64,000 nucleotides of DNA from an uncultured Planctomycetia bacterium (lineage in GTDB: Bacteria; Planctomycetota; Planctomycetia; CAXEIY01). Positions 17,132-26,534 of the stretch are shown piece by piece. The stretch spans positions 174 through 64,173 of the forward strand of contig CAXEIY010000203.1 in assembly GCA_963996245.1 (NCBI GenBank), read 5' to 3'. How positions within the stretch are numbered: position 1 is the first letter of the stretch; each line of letters begins with the position of its first letter. Below the pieces are notes generated by a model. The model searched no databases, had not been told where the DNA came from, and saw nothing but the letters and a program-made list of their open reading frames with translations. The position numbers and the translations under genes were made by a program.

Positions 17132-17263
17132 CGACGGTACAACAGACCTACTTATTGAAGCCATACTCTTTTACTAAACTATTGTAACTGTCCTACCTTT
17201 TTGTTTTCTTATCCTTCACGGCGTTTTTTCCTCTCTGTCTACGGATCGATCTGTCAGAATTCC

Positions 17264-19009
17264 ATGGTCACACGACGACTCCTTCAACAACTTGACGGAA
17301 ACCGTTTACTGATTGCCACTTCGGTTTTTTTCGGTCTTCTGTTTTCAGCTTCCGGTTTAATTCCACCCCTGGTGATTCGACGTGTCATCCAAGGAATCCA
17401 GGATCCCGATCGTACCACTCCTTTTGTGATGCTCGGTGCCATTTTGCTCGCGGTTTACCTGCTACGCAGCACGTGTCGGTATTTTTACGGTGTCTTTTCA
17501 CACATCGCCGCATACCGCACTCTGGACCGATTAATCACCCGGGCTTTCCAACACTTGCAGCGCATGTCACCTGAGTTTTTCACACGGAAACGAAGTGGTG
17601 AACTGGTGAGTCGCACGATCGGTGATGTTGAAAGTATTGAGGATTTTGTTGCCCATGGAATTCCTGAAACGCTGCTTGCGATCGTGATTCCAATTACCAT
17701 GATGGTAATCCTTATCACCATCAATCCAATGCTTACCCTGCTGTGTTCCTTACCACTGGCTTTTGTCGTGCTGTTCGTTTACCTGCTAGTTCGTCACACA
17801 CGTTCTATATGGAAATCCGTTCGAGGCAATATTGCTGAACTGGTAGCCCAGGTCCAAGACTATATTTCAGGCATGACAGTTATTCAGTCTTTTGTCCACG
17901 AAAAGCATACGGAACATGACATCCAAGAACATAGTGCTCGTTATCGCGACGCCATTATTCATGCCAACAAATGGTCTCTGCTTCCTCCTGCCGCCATCGA
18001 ACTGGCCAATGGTGCAGGAATTATTCTCGTCGTAGCTATGGGAGGACTGGCCGCGAGTAATCAAAAAATGCCCGTAGCAGATCTTGTCGTTTTTCTTATG
18101 TACATCGGCCAAATGATTCAACCGCTTCTACGTATTGCAAACCTGACAGAAAACCTCCAAAAGGCTACTGCAAGTGCCGAACGGGTATTTGAACTTCTGG
18201 ATACAAAGCCCTCTATCAGACAACCACATAATCCCGTTACTCCGAATCCATTCAACAGCCGAATCATTTTTGATAATGTCAGTTTTGCCTATGCAAACGG
18301 GGAAGATGTACTCAAGCAGATCTCTTTCGTTGTGGAACCTGGAGAAGTGGTAGCGCTCGTTGGACCAACTGGAGTTGGAAAAACCACCGCCACTCACTTG
18401 GTGCCACGTTTTTATGATGTCACGGAAGGCTCCGTCTCGATCGGAGATTGTGATGTACGAGCAATGTCTCTTGATTTTCTGCGCCGGCAGGTAGCCATCG
18501 TACTTCAGGACGTCTTCCTGTTTCATGGGTCCATTCGACAGAACCTGCTTTTTGGAAACCCTGAAGCTACCGATGAACAATTGTTTGAAGCGATTCGTGC
18601 GTCCAATGCGGAACCTTTCGTACAAATGCTTCCAAACGGTCTGGACACGATCGTAGGAGAACGCGGTTTAAGACTCTCTGGAGGTGAAAAACAGCGCCTC
18701 TCGATCGCACGCGCATTGCTGAAAGATGCTCCGATTCTTATTCTCGATGAAGCGACCAGCGCCGTAGATGCAGAAACTGAATCTCTTATCCAGAATGCTG
18801 TCAATCGACTGAGCAGTGGCCGAACGGTACTTGTGATTGCACACCGTCTCTCGACCATCCAAGGTGCTGATCGAGTCATCGTACTGGAATCAGGCGAAAT
18901 CAGCCAAATGGGTACACACCATCAATTAATGTCCGTTGACGGTTTTTATGCACGCATTATGAAAATGCAACACGCATCCCGAGACTGGCAGATTGGCAGT
19001 ACCCGATAA
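17264..19009 (+). CDS. ABC exporter, fused permease and ATPase (MsbA/ABCB type)
   Basis: Six-helix TM domain followed by Walker A GPTGVGKTT, signature LSGGEKQRLSIARAL, Walker B ILILDEATSAVD and the H-loop IAHRLST. Confidence 0.9.
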   Translation: MVTRRLLQQLDGNRLLIATSVFFGLLFSASGLIPPLVIRRVIQGIQDPDRTTPFVMLGAILLAVYLLRSTCRYFYGVFSHIAAYRTLDRLITRAFQHLQRMSPEFFTRKRSGELVSRTIGDVESIEDFVAHGIPETLLAIVIPITMMVILITINPMLTLLCSLPLAFVVLFVYLLVRHTRSIWKSVRGNIAELVAQVQDYISGMTVIQSFVHEKHTEHDIQEHSARYRDAIIHANKWSLLPPAAIELANGAGIILVVAMGGLAASNQKMPVADLVVFLMYIGQMIQPLLRIANLTENLQKATASAERVFELLDTKPSIRQPHNPVTPNPFNSRIIFDNVSFAYANGEDVLKQISFVVEPGEVVALVGPTGVGKTTATHLVPRFYDVTEGSVSIGDCDVRAMSLDFLRRQVAIVLQDVFLFHGSIRQNLLFGNPEATDEQLFEAIRASNAEPFVQMLPNGLDTIVGERGLRLSGGEKQRLSIARALLKDAPILILDEATSAVDAETESLIQNAVNRLSSGRTVLVIAHRLSTIQGADRVIVLESGEISQMGTHHQLMSVDGFYARIMKMQHASRDWQIGSTR

Positions 19010-19075
19010 CCGGTTTCCACTTGGCACGTATGACAGGTTCAATGACATTGATCTGTACTGCAACGTTGGCTTCGC

Positions 19076-20116
19076 TTACCGACTCAAACCGGGATCATCC
19101 TGAAGGCCATCCTGGTACGTTTTCAGGGACTGGCGACCTTGTTGAATATGATGTTGGTTACCAGCGACACTAGGTGGCTTTTGGTTTGCCGTTGCAGGAG
19201 GATAAATAGAATGCGAATTACCTGGATACACTTCCTGTCGCAAGTGGGCCAACATCTGATGTCCCTGTCGTCTTTCACGTTCCGCCTGCAAAGCCGATAA
19301 ATCGATAGGGCCCACAACAATTTTTTCACCCGATCCGGCTTCCGCCTGCGCCAGAATACGTCCATCAAAATCCACAATCATACTGCCCCCGGGCCAACTG
19401 AAAGGTGCATAATTAGTGAGCGAACAGGCTTGATTGGACGCCACTACATAAGCCATATTTTCCAGTGCGCGAGTACGATTCACGAGCGTCCACCAATCCA
19501 TTGGACTAGCTGTTCCCCAAGGATCCATATAAGCAGAAACACGTATCAGGACCTCTGCCCCCTGCAATGCCAACTGTCGTATTGCCTCAGGAAAAAGCCA
19601 GTCATAGCAAATCGCGCACCCTATTTTTCCGATGGCAGTTTCAACTACAGGAAACACCGGGTCGTCGTAATCACTCAGATCATGTGGACTGGTGTGAACT
19701 TCCCAAGGAATCCATGTGTTAACCTTACGATAGCGGTACAGCATCCCCTCGGGACCGATAAGGCAAGTGGTGTTAAAGACATGACCTGGCCATTTGTCGT
19801 CGGATTCCAAAAAGGAACCGGTTTGAATATAAATACCCAGATCTTTCGCTTTCTTATGATACCGGTCTGTGAATTCATTGGGGACAGGTATGGCAAGACG
19901 ATCGATCAGCTTCTCGGCCGTGTCGTAGATCGGTGCCGCATGTGCGAACTCAGGAAACACAACTAGTTTAACGTCATGAAACGGTTGATAACCTATTACC
20001 GCATAGTCAATCATCTCCAGCATTTTAGTTACGCGCGGCTCGATTTCGTCTCTCGACACCGGGTTGGGCATATCCAGCTGACATGCCGCTGCATAGAAAC
20101 GCTCCTTGTTTGACAT
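19076..20116 (-). CDS. Carbon-nitrogen hydrolase family protein (amidase/nitrilase-like)
   Basis: VVFPEFAHAAP (catalytic Glu region) and KIGCAICYDWLFPE (catalytic Cys region). ATG at 20116; an alternative TTG start lies at 20128. Confidence 0.85.
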   Translation of the reverse strand: MSNKERFYAAACQLDMPNPVSRDEIEPRVTKMLEMIDYAVIGYQPFHDVKLVVFPEFAHAAPIYDTAEKLIDRLAIPVPNEFTDRYHKKAKDLGIYIQTGSFLESDDKWPGHVFNTTCLIGPEGMLYRYRKVNTWIPWEVHTSPHDLSDYDDPVFPVVETAIGKIGCAICYDWLFPEAIRQLALQGAEVLIRVSAYMDPWGTASPMDWWTLVNRTRALENMAYVVASNQACSLTNYAPFSWPGGSMIVDFDGRILAQAEAGSGEKIVVGPIDLSALQAERERRQGHQMLAHLRQEVYPGNSHSIYPPATANQKPPSVAGNQHHIQQGRQSLKTYQDGLQDDPGLSR

Positions 20117-20171
20117 GACGTGAAGCAAACACTCCCTTCTTCAATCAGAAACAATACTTTTTGGCGCTCAT

Positions 20172-21323
20172 TTACGGTTTCACGGTAACCTGAACCGACG
20201 CGATATCCGCATAACCTGACTGCCGATTTGGACGTGGTTGAGGCTGTGCGTTACCATTCGCATCAACAGCACGCACGTAGAATTCATACGTACCGGGCTC
20301 CTGATCAGGCAGTATCAAATTCCAGAGAACCCAGCTGTAGGGAATCGGCCAGATGACAGGTCCGCCACTACCGTCACGGATTTGTTCAATACCGTCCGGC
20401 AACTTGCCACCGGGCAAATCACTGCCCCAGTTGTTTTTCGGTGGACTGTCATAACTCAGCTCTGTCCAAGACGCCTTTTCCCATGCCGGATCGTCGGGTT
20501 CCAAATGTCCATGAGTACCCTGATCGGGACGCAGCCAGTATTCGATTTTCTTCAGTCCAGACATACCTACCATTGCAATACCATTAAGGCGAATGGAGGA
20601 ACCTTTCTCAAATTCGCGCGGACCATGCACATTGATTCGCGCCACGGTCTTCATATAGGAATCTGGATCGTTGTTGCGAAGAGCATAGCTGTCATTAGCC
20701 TGATAATTGTTGGTCAAAACCATCTGTTGAAGCCACTTTATGGATTTGAATCCATAGGCTTCCGGAACAATCATTCGGACCGGTCCTCCTCGTTCAACCG
20801 GTATTGTCCGGCCATTCATCTTGTACGCAAGAAAAACAGGCAACTGGCCTGGAGGAGTGTCCAGAACACGATTAATCGGCAATGAACTTGCAAAATAATG
20901 TTTTTCCTCTTTATGAAACCCCCAGTAGAAGACGCGTCTGACATCTGCCAGGGAACCGACAAAGCGTTCCAGAACTGCCTTCAATGGTACGCCTTCCCAA
21001 AGTGCATTGGAACAACTGCCCCCGGTCGGCCGATCATTGTTACACTGCATCGCTTTAAAATAGCGAACTGCTTTTTCATCTCCCAGCTCTAAAAGCATTT
21101 CGTAACTAATTGCTGTACCGCTTTCCCGCAATCGGGACTGTCCAATTTCAGAAATCCATGGGTCGACATCCGGGGTGATTTCAAGAAACCACGTTTCCGG
21201 ATCCAGACCAACCTGCTTCTGTTCTTCCAGGGGTAACAAATAAGGCTGGCCACGGGAAACTTCAAAAAAAAGATCCATGGGAGTAAGAAACTGATCTTGA
21301 TACCCAGGTTTACCTGGAGGCAT
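20172..21323 (-). CDS. Molybdopterin-dependent oxidoreductase (sulfite-oxidase/YedY fold), with no recognisable signal peptide
   Basis: FKAMQCNNDRPTGGSCSNALWEGVPLKAVLE matches the Mo-ligand Cys region of SUOX-type enzymes. ERGGPVRMIVPEAYGFKSIKWLQQMVL matches the conserved G-x-P-x-R-x-x-x-P motif. An Ig-like dimerisation-type C-terminal half follows. The ATG has an aggag RBS. Confidence 0.85.
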   Translation of the reverse strand: MPPGKPGYQDQFLTPMDLFFEVSRGQPYLLPLEEQKQVGLDPETWFLEITPDVDPWISEIGQSRLRESGTAISYEMLLELGDEKAVRYFKAMQCNNDRPTGGSCSNALWEGVPLKAVLERFVGSLADVRRVFYWGFHKEEKHYFASSLPINRVLDTPPGQLPVFLAYKMNGRTIPVERGGPVRMIVPEAYGFKSIKWLQQMVLTNNYQANDSYALRNNDPDSYMKTVARINVHGPREFEKGSSIRLNGIAMVGMSGLKKIEYWLRPDQGTHGHLEPDDPAWEKASWTELSYDSPPKNNWGSDLPGGKLPDGIEQIRDGSGGPVIWPIPYSWVLWNLILPDQEPGTYEFYVRAVDANGNAQPQPRPNRQSGYADIASVQVTVKP

Positions 21324-21454
21324 GACGGGGTGCTCCTCTTACAAGAGACTCGCTGCAAACTATCACCATATTCTACTATAGACGCGCCCCCAATGTCTCA
21401 TCCAAGATAAGAATCCTCAAAGTCATGACTCGTGCTAAGTGACTCCTGCGCATC

Positions 21455-21485
21455 AAAAAAGCCCGCCCAGTTAGTGAGCGGGCTT
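21455..21485 (-). terminator. Rho-independent terminator downstream of tRNA-Glu
   Basis: On the minus strand: AAGCCCGC-TCACTAACTGG-GCGGGCTT followed by a T run (A6 at 21455-21460 on the plus strand). It lies about 25 nt after the tRNA 3' end. Confidence 0.65.
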
Positions 21486-21509
21486 CGACACATGGCCCTT
21501 CATAAAATG

Positions 21510-21582
21510 ACCCCGAGGGGATTTGAACCCCTGTTACCGGCGTGAAAGGCCGGTGTCCTGAACCTAGCTAGACGACGGGGCC
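21510..21582 (-). tRNA. tRNA-Glu (anticodon UUC)
   Basis: The reverse complement is GGCCCCGTCGTCTAGCTAGGTTCAGGACACCGGCCTTTCACGCCGGTAACAGGGGTTCAAATCCCCTCGGGGTCA. It forms a cloverleaf with anticodon loop CTTTCAC. CCA is not encoded. Confidence 0.9.
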
Positions 21583-21962
21583 AACCTCTTCTTAACGCAG
21601 GCGAATATAAGAGGTTTTTCACAGATCCGTCAAGATCGGAACACACCATACACCCAGCACCCCGTTTTTCAAAACAACAAACAGGTTACTGAAAGTTGTC
21701 CAAGAAAACGAAAATTGCTTTCGACAAAGACCAACATAACTCGTTCTTGGCCGCATAAAACACTCCGTCCTGTCAACCAGTTCATTGTGCCCAGATTGTG
21801 TTGGTCTGCGATTCTCATCTTGTACGTTGTTAAAGAGGATAGATAAAATATCTTTACAAAACCTGGAAACAGCATTCGGGTCCAGTAAATGCTGGTACGG
21901 CTGCTGCACATGAATGGAAGTGTTATCAGAAACTTTTTAAAAGAGTGGACACGGCAGAGAAC

Positions 21963-23282
21963 ATGCCCACAACGAATGAACCACGTGTCGTCATCACCGG
22001 AATGGGAATTGTTAGTCCTCTGGGAATCGGACGTGAACCCTTCTGGGAATCACTCTTGGAAGGTAGAAGTGGAATAGGACCGTTTTATCAATTCGGACAC
22101 GAACCTCTTCCAACTACAGTCTCTGGAGAAGTGCGCGATTTCGAAGCTCGGAAGCTGGTTTCACAACAGATCGACCAGAAGACCAAGCGCGCCTATCTAA
22201 AAAGTCTCAAAGTCATGTGCCGTGAGATTCAGCTCGGTGTTGCCGCTGCGCACCTGGCACTGGACGATTCCAGGGTGGAAATGAGCGAAGTGAATCCTGA
22301 CCGGCTGGGTGTCGATTTTGGTGCCAACCTCATGTTAACGCACCCCGAAGAACTCAGCCGCCCGGTTAGCGCCTGTCTCGACGATTCCAAAAAATTTGAT
22401 TTTGGCAAATGGGGTGAACATGGTCTGGTTAAGATGTTCCCGCTTTGGTTACTGAAATATTTACCAAACATGCCTGCCTGCCATATCGGAATAACATTCG
22501 ACGCGCGCGGCCCGAATAACACCATTACCTTGGGCGAAGCTTCCGCTAATCTAGCTATCAGCGAAGCCTATCGTATCATTTCGCGTGGTTCTGCTGACGT
22601 AATGATCGCTGGAGCGACTGGCACATGTGTCCATCCTATGAAATCTGCTCAAACTGCACTTCAGGAAGAACTTTCCAAACAAGATGGAGCCCATGCCAGT
22701 CGGCCCTTTGATGCAAACCGTGACGGCATGGTACTTGGGGAAGGCTCGGCGGTATTTCTGATGGAAACGCTACAACACGCCCAGGATCGCGATGCCACCA
22801 TCTATGCAGAAATCGCCGGTTCGGGATCCAGTTGCAGCGCCACACCAGATGGAAAACCAAAGATTACCCGAGCGCTGCTTAATGCCATGAAACAGGCTGT
22901 CGAGAACGCCGACTACTGTCCTGATGACATCGGCCATGTGAATGCCCATGGTGTCAGCACACGTCAGGGTGATCAGGATGAAGCCATGGCCATTCACCAG
23001 TTCTTCGAAAATCGCAAGACACCTGTACCGGTAACCGCTCCTAAAAGCTATTTTGGCAATCTCGGATCTGGAACAGGAGCTGTTGAATTGGCAGTAAGCA
23101 GCCTGGAACTCCACCACCAAACCATGATTCCCGCCCTTAACTACGAAACCCCGGACCCTGACTGCCCAATCCATGTAACATCCGGAGCTCCCCGAGCATT
23201 GGCTGGACCGAGTGTTATGAACCTTAACTTCACTCGTATGGGCCAAGCGAGTTGTCTGATTTTGAAACAATTCCAGTCCTGA
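21963..23282 (+). CDS. Beta-ketoacyl synthase (FabF/KAS II-like) homolog with substituted catalytic residues
   Basis: - N-terminus PRVVITGMGIVSPLGIGREPFWESLLEGRSGIG.
- The KS core is GPNNTITLGEASANLAISEAYRIISRGSADVMIAGA, where FabF has ..ATACTSG...
- HVNAHGVSTRQGD retains the first His.
- KSYFGNLGSGTGAVE has Asn where FabF has the second His.
- An alternative GTG start lies at 21945. Confidence 0.85.
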   Translation: MPTTNEPRVVITGMGIVSPLGIGREPFWESLLEGRSGIGPFYQFGHEPLPTTVSGEVRDFEARKLVSQQIDQKTKRAYLKSLKVMCREIQLGVAAAHLALDDSRVEMSEVNPDRLGVDFGANLMLTHPEELSRPVSACLDDSKKFDFGKWGEHGLVKMFPLWLLKYLPNMPACHIGITFDARGPNNTITLGEASANLAISEAYRIISRGSADVMIAGATGTCVHPMKSAQTALQEELSKQDGAHASRPFDANRDGMVLGEGSAVFLMETLQHAQDRDATIYAEIAGSGSSCSATPDGKPKITRALLNAMKQAVENADYCPDDIGHVNAHGVSTRQGDQDEAMAIHQFFENRKTPVPVTAPKSYFGNLGSGTGAVELAVSSLELHHQTMIPALNYETPDPDCPIHVTSGAPRALAGPSVMNLNFTRMGQASCLILKQFQS

Positions 23283-23403
23283 ACCTGCTTAAGGCCGTTA
23301 AGTTACGTTGGCGCGAGGTTGCCAGGGTGGTAGGATGGCCAGATTGGCTGGAATAGTTTGCCGGTCTACCCAGTAAAACCCGATAGCGCACTGAGATGAT
23401 GTC

Positions 23404-23769
23404 ATGACGAATGCACTGCTTGAAACCGTTGAAAAAACCAGCCTCAAAGACTCCATACCTGATTTTGAAATCGGTGATACAGTAGATGTCAGTGTCCGGA
23501 TTCTCGAAGGCGAAAAAGAGCGCATTCAGATTTTCAGTGGAACTGTCATAGCCAGAAACGGAAGCGGAACACGTGACATGTTCACTGTAAGGCGCCTTGT
23601 TCAGGGGGAAGGTGTCGAAAGGAAGTTTCCTATCCACTCACCCAATGTGTTGGATGTTGAAGTTAAACGAAGCGGTCGCGTACGTAGAGCAAAACTTTAC
23701 TACCTTCGGGACCGTATCGGCAAAGCAACACGTTTACGTGAACGGCGCACAAAGACTCCCGGTGCATAA
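23404..23769 (+). CDS. rplS: 50S ribosomal protein L19
   Basis: PDFEIGDTVDVSVRILEGEKERIQIFSGTVIARNGSGTRDMFTVRR...GVERKFPIHSPNVLDVEV is a typical L19 sequence. Confidence 0.95.
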   Translation: MTNALLETVEKTSLKDSIPDFEIGDTVDVSVRILEGEKERIQIFSGTVIARNGSGTRDMFTVRRLVQGEGVERKFPIHSPNVLDVEVKRSGRVRRAKLYYLRDRIGKATRLRERRTKTPGA

Positions 23770-23898
23770 GCACATCATATCGATTCGGCAAGACTCCAAT
23801 CGAAAGCACCCTCAGGACAGTCCTCCTGCCTAGGCTTATCTGTTCGGAAGGGAACCCCCTTTGCAGGTCACCTCATTGTACAACAGAGGTCGTTTCCC

Positions 23899-24294
23899 GT
23901 GAAAAAATGGCTTGCTCAAATTCTCGGGAAAAAAGGCGAACGCGTTGCGGTCAACTATCTGAAAAACGCCGGATATCAGATTCTTGCACAGGACTGGCGG
24001 TGTGAACTCGGGCAACTGGATATCGTTGCGCTAGACACTCCATATGTTGTTATTGTCGAAGTCAAAACGCGTCGCAACAAAAGCTATGGAGCAGCACGAG
24101 AAATGGTGATAGTTGACAAACAAAAACGTCTGACACGACTTGCTTTACAGTTTCTGAAAAATCACCAACTACTGAATCACCCGGTGCGCTTTGACGTTAT
24201 TGCTATTCAATGGTCATCCGAGAAATCAAATCCACATGTGGAACACATCTTACATGCTTTCACCGCCAAGACGCACCACGGAATGTTTTCCTGA
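23899..24294 (+). CDS. YraN-family (UPF0102) putative endonuclease
   Basis: GERVAVNYLKNAGYQILAQDWRCELGQLDIVALD...VVIVEVKTRR is the family signature. GTG start. Confidence 0.85.
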   Translation: MKKWLAQILGKKGERVAVNYLKNAGYQILAQDWRCELGQLDIVALDTPYVVIVEVKTRRNKSYGAAREMVIVDKQKRLTRLALQFLKNHQLLNHPVRFDVIAIQWSSEKSNPHVEHILHAFTAKTHHGMFS

Positions 24295-24474
24295 ATCTTT
24301 CCTTACAATCCAATAGCAATCAAACGGGGCTTTGAATCTTCGACCAAACACTCACCTTACAGATGAACCCGAGATCTCCATTCTTGTCATACTTTTCAAC
24401 CAACACACTAGAAACTACACAGACATTTGCATGTGAAACACCGGACCCTGTTTGAATAGGCTCAGCAACTGTTG

Positions 24475-25650
24475 TTATTCCTGCTGGCCTCGTTTAGCCC
24501 AATTGGCGTTTTGAAACATATTGAGTCCCGGATCTGCAATGACTCCAGAACGACTGTACTCCGGCGGATTAGCTTTGATAAATTCTTCATTTAACTCAAT
24601 TCCCCATCCTGGCTGATCTGGGACAGGGAAATAGCCGTCCACTACTTCTGGGTATCCGGAGCCTGCTTTTTTCACATGCGGATCAGCAAAATCATTAAAG
24701 TGCTCCAGGATTTTTGCATTGCGCAGAGTCAAACAAAGATGCAGTGCCGCCATCGTTGAAATAATTCCTCCCACATTATGCGGTGCAACCATTATGGAAT
24801 AGGTTTCCGCCGTCGAAGCCACCTTCTTCGTCTCAAATATTCCTCCGGACTGCGTTATATCGGGTTGCAACACGTCAATACACTGACCTCCCCAAATTTC
24901 TCTGAATTCTGGAGCTCCATAGAGTCGCTCACCCGTTGCTATTGGCAAAGACGTGTGCTGCCTTACCGACTGTAGCGCCGGAACATCACCTGGACGAACC
25001 GGTTCTTCTATCCAACCAATATTGTACTTTTCTATATGGCGTGCAATCTCTCGAGCCTGCACTGGTGCAAATCGGCCGTGCATTTCAATCATTATCTGAG
25101 CGTGTGTCCCAGCAACTGAAGCCACGGCTTCAATCAAATCAAGAGACCTGTAAAATTCCTCTCGCTCCAGCTCCATATCTCCGTTTCCAAAGGGATCAAA
25201 TTTCATTCCGCGGTAACCGCGGTCAATGACCTTGCCAGCCGCCTTTGCAAAACTTTCCGCATTACGTTCAACCGTATACCATCCGTTGGCATACGCTGGA
25301 ATACGATCCTTGACCTGACCTCCAAGAAGTTTATAAACCGGCTGTCCACACGATTTCCCAATAATGTCCCAGAAAGCCAGTTCAACCAGTGCCAGCCCCG
25401 TGTATACGACTTCACCAGGTTTACCGAAGTCGAGCAATGTCATCCGTCGATAGAGTGCTTCGATGTCGAAAGGGTCATGACCGATGAAATGACGTTCCGC
25501 ATCTTTTAAGTATTCCGTAACGGTATGTGTTTTTCCAAGGACCCGTGCCTCACCAATCCCAACAATTCCCTGATCTGTTTCAATAATACAATAAGTCAGA
25601 TTTCGCCATGGTGTACCCAGAACCAACGTTCGGAATCCCGTTGTTTTCAT
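24475..25650 (-). CDS. Enolase-superfamily enzyme (mandelate racemase / sugar-acid dehydratase-like)
   Basis: MKTTGFRTLVLGTPWRNLTYCIIETDQGIVGIGEA (capping domain), KFDPFG, IMIEMHGRF, GWIEEP and ATGERLY (metal-ligand and barrel motifs). The start is trimmed to ATG 25650; the longer track ORF overlaps crcB. Confidence 0.85.
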   Translation of the reverse strand: MKTTGFRTLVLGTPWRNLTYCIIETDQGIVGIGEARVLGKTHTVTEYLKDAERHFIGHDPFDIEALYRRMTLLDFGKPGEVVYTGLALVELAFWDIIGKSCGQPVYKLLGGQVKDRIPAYANGWYTVERNAESFAKAAGKVIDRGYRGMKFDPFGNGDMELEREEFYRSLDLIEAVASVAGTHAQIMIEMHGRFAPVQAREIARHIEKYNIGWIEEPVRPGDVPALQSVRQHTSLPIATGERLYGAPEFREIWGGQCIDVLQPDITQSGGIFETKKVASTAETYSIMVAPHNVGGIISTMAALHLCLTLRNAKILEHFNDFADPHVKKAGSGYPEVVDGYFPVPDQPGWGIELNEEFIKANPPEYSRSGVIADPGLNMFQNANWAKRGQQE

Positions 25651-25706
25651 GAATCGTAATCTCCAGCTTATCCCACTGAACGACCTGTTTTGTAAACTAC
25701 CAGCAG

Positions 25707-26090
25707 CTAACCCATTAACATTTGGACCAGGGAACGACCTGACCAGACTGCCAGGATACCCAATACAACATTGGTACAAATATTGGCTGTTGATCCCAAA
25801 TAGTTTTCGGCTTCGAGACTATGCAACGTCTCATAACCGAAGGTAGAAAAAGTAGTGAATGCCCCCAAAAAACCCACCACCAGCAAGGGGCGGATCTCCG
25901 CATTGACCAAAGGACGTACATCCATTACAGCCGTCAGGATCCCCATAAGCAGACATCCCAGCACATTCACCACTAGTGTACCATACGGAAAATCAGACTG
26001 GGGAAACAGGTAGATAACATAGCGTGATATCGCATAACGGCCTATCGCTCCCACACAACCTCCAGCACCGATTGCGAAAATTTTCATCAT
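25707..26090 (-). CDS. crcB: Fluoride channel CrcB/FluC
   Basis: 127 aa with four hydrophobic helices: GAGGCVGAIGRYAIS and GFLGAFTTFSTFGYE. Confidence 0.9.
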   Translation of the reverse strand: MMKIFAIGAGGCVGAIGRYAISRYVIYLFPQSDFPYGTLVVNVLGCLLMGILTAVMDVRPLVNAEIRPLLVVGFLGAFTTFSTFGYETLHSLEAENYLGSTANICTNVVLGILAVWSGRSLVQMLMG

Positions 26091-26322
26091 CCGCGTCTAC
26101 TTCTCTAGAACGAAGGCTGCTCTTTTCATAAAAACACCTGTCGAGTCCCGCAGCCGTACGGCAGGCGAGTTATTGTCATGCGACCTTTAACTGATTGCAA
26201 GGATTAACCGATTAAGAGAGTCCGCGCGAATAGGCTTCTTTCTCGATAAGGAGAAAAAACACCAAACACTCATGGTCACAAAACTTAGGGAATATACTGA
26301 TGCTGAATAGCTTTTGCTGAAT

Positions 26323-26350
26323 TTGACTATCTGCAGGACTGACCTATAAT
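26323..26350 (+). promoter_or_regulatory. Sigma70-like promoter candidate for the beta-oxidation operon
   Basis: TTGACT (26323-26328), a 16-nt spacer, then TATAAT (26345-26350). It lies about 185 nt upstream of the acyl-CoA ligase ATG, in a 440-nt divergent intergenic region. Confidence 0.45.
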
Positions 26351-26534
26351 TTTTTGGAACCAACTTTCTTTGAGCATTTCTGCTTAAGCCTTTCTGTAAT
26401 GATTCCGCAATCTTGCGTGTTTTGTGGGGTGCTGCGCGCATGATGAGCGTTAATGGTAAACCCCTGCTATTGAATTCTCGTTTCTCAATATCATTTAAAA
26501 GAATCGCCTCCAAAAACAGCAGGGGAACATCTTG

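Noticed and set aside
21583-21620. Hairpin AACCTCTT-18 nt-AAGAGGTT followed by TTTTT on the plus strand.
   Set aside because: No plus-strand gene ends upstream of it. It directly abuts the 5' end of the minus-strand tRNA-Glu, and the loop is too large for a typical intrinsic terminator.
26091-26200. A possible fluoride (crcB-motif) riboswitch upstream of crcB on the minus strand.
   Set aside because: I read the reverse complement of the 100 nt upstream of the start. I could not find the conserved GGnGAUGG...CnCC...AAnnGC...CUnAUGAnnCCU elements, only a short GCCGTACGGC palindrome. Without a covariance-model scan I cannot exclude a diverged copy, but nothing supports one.
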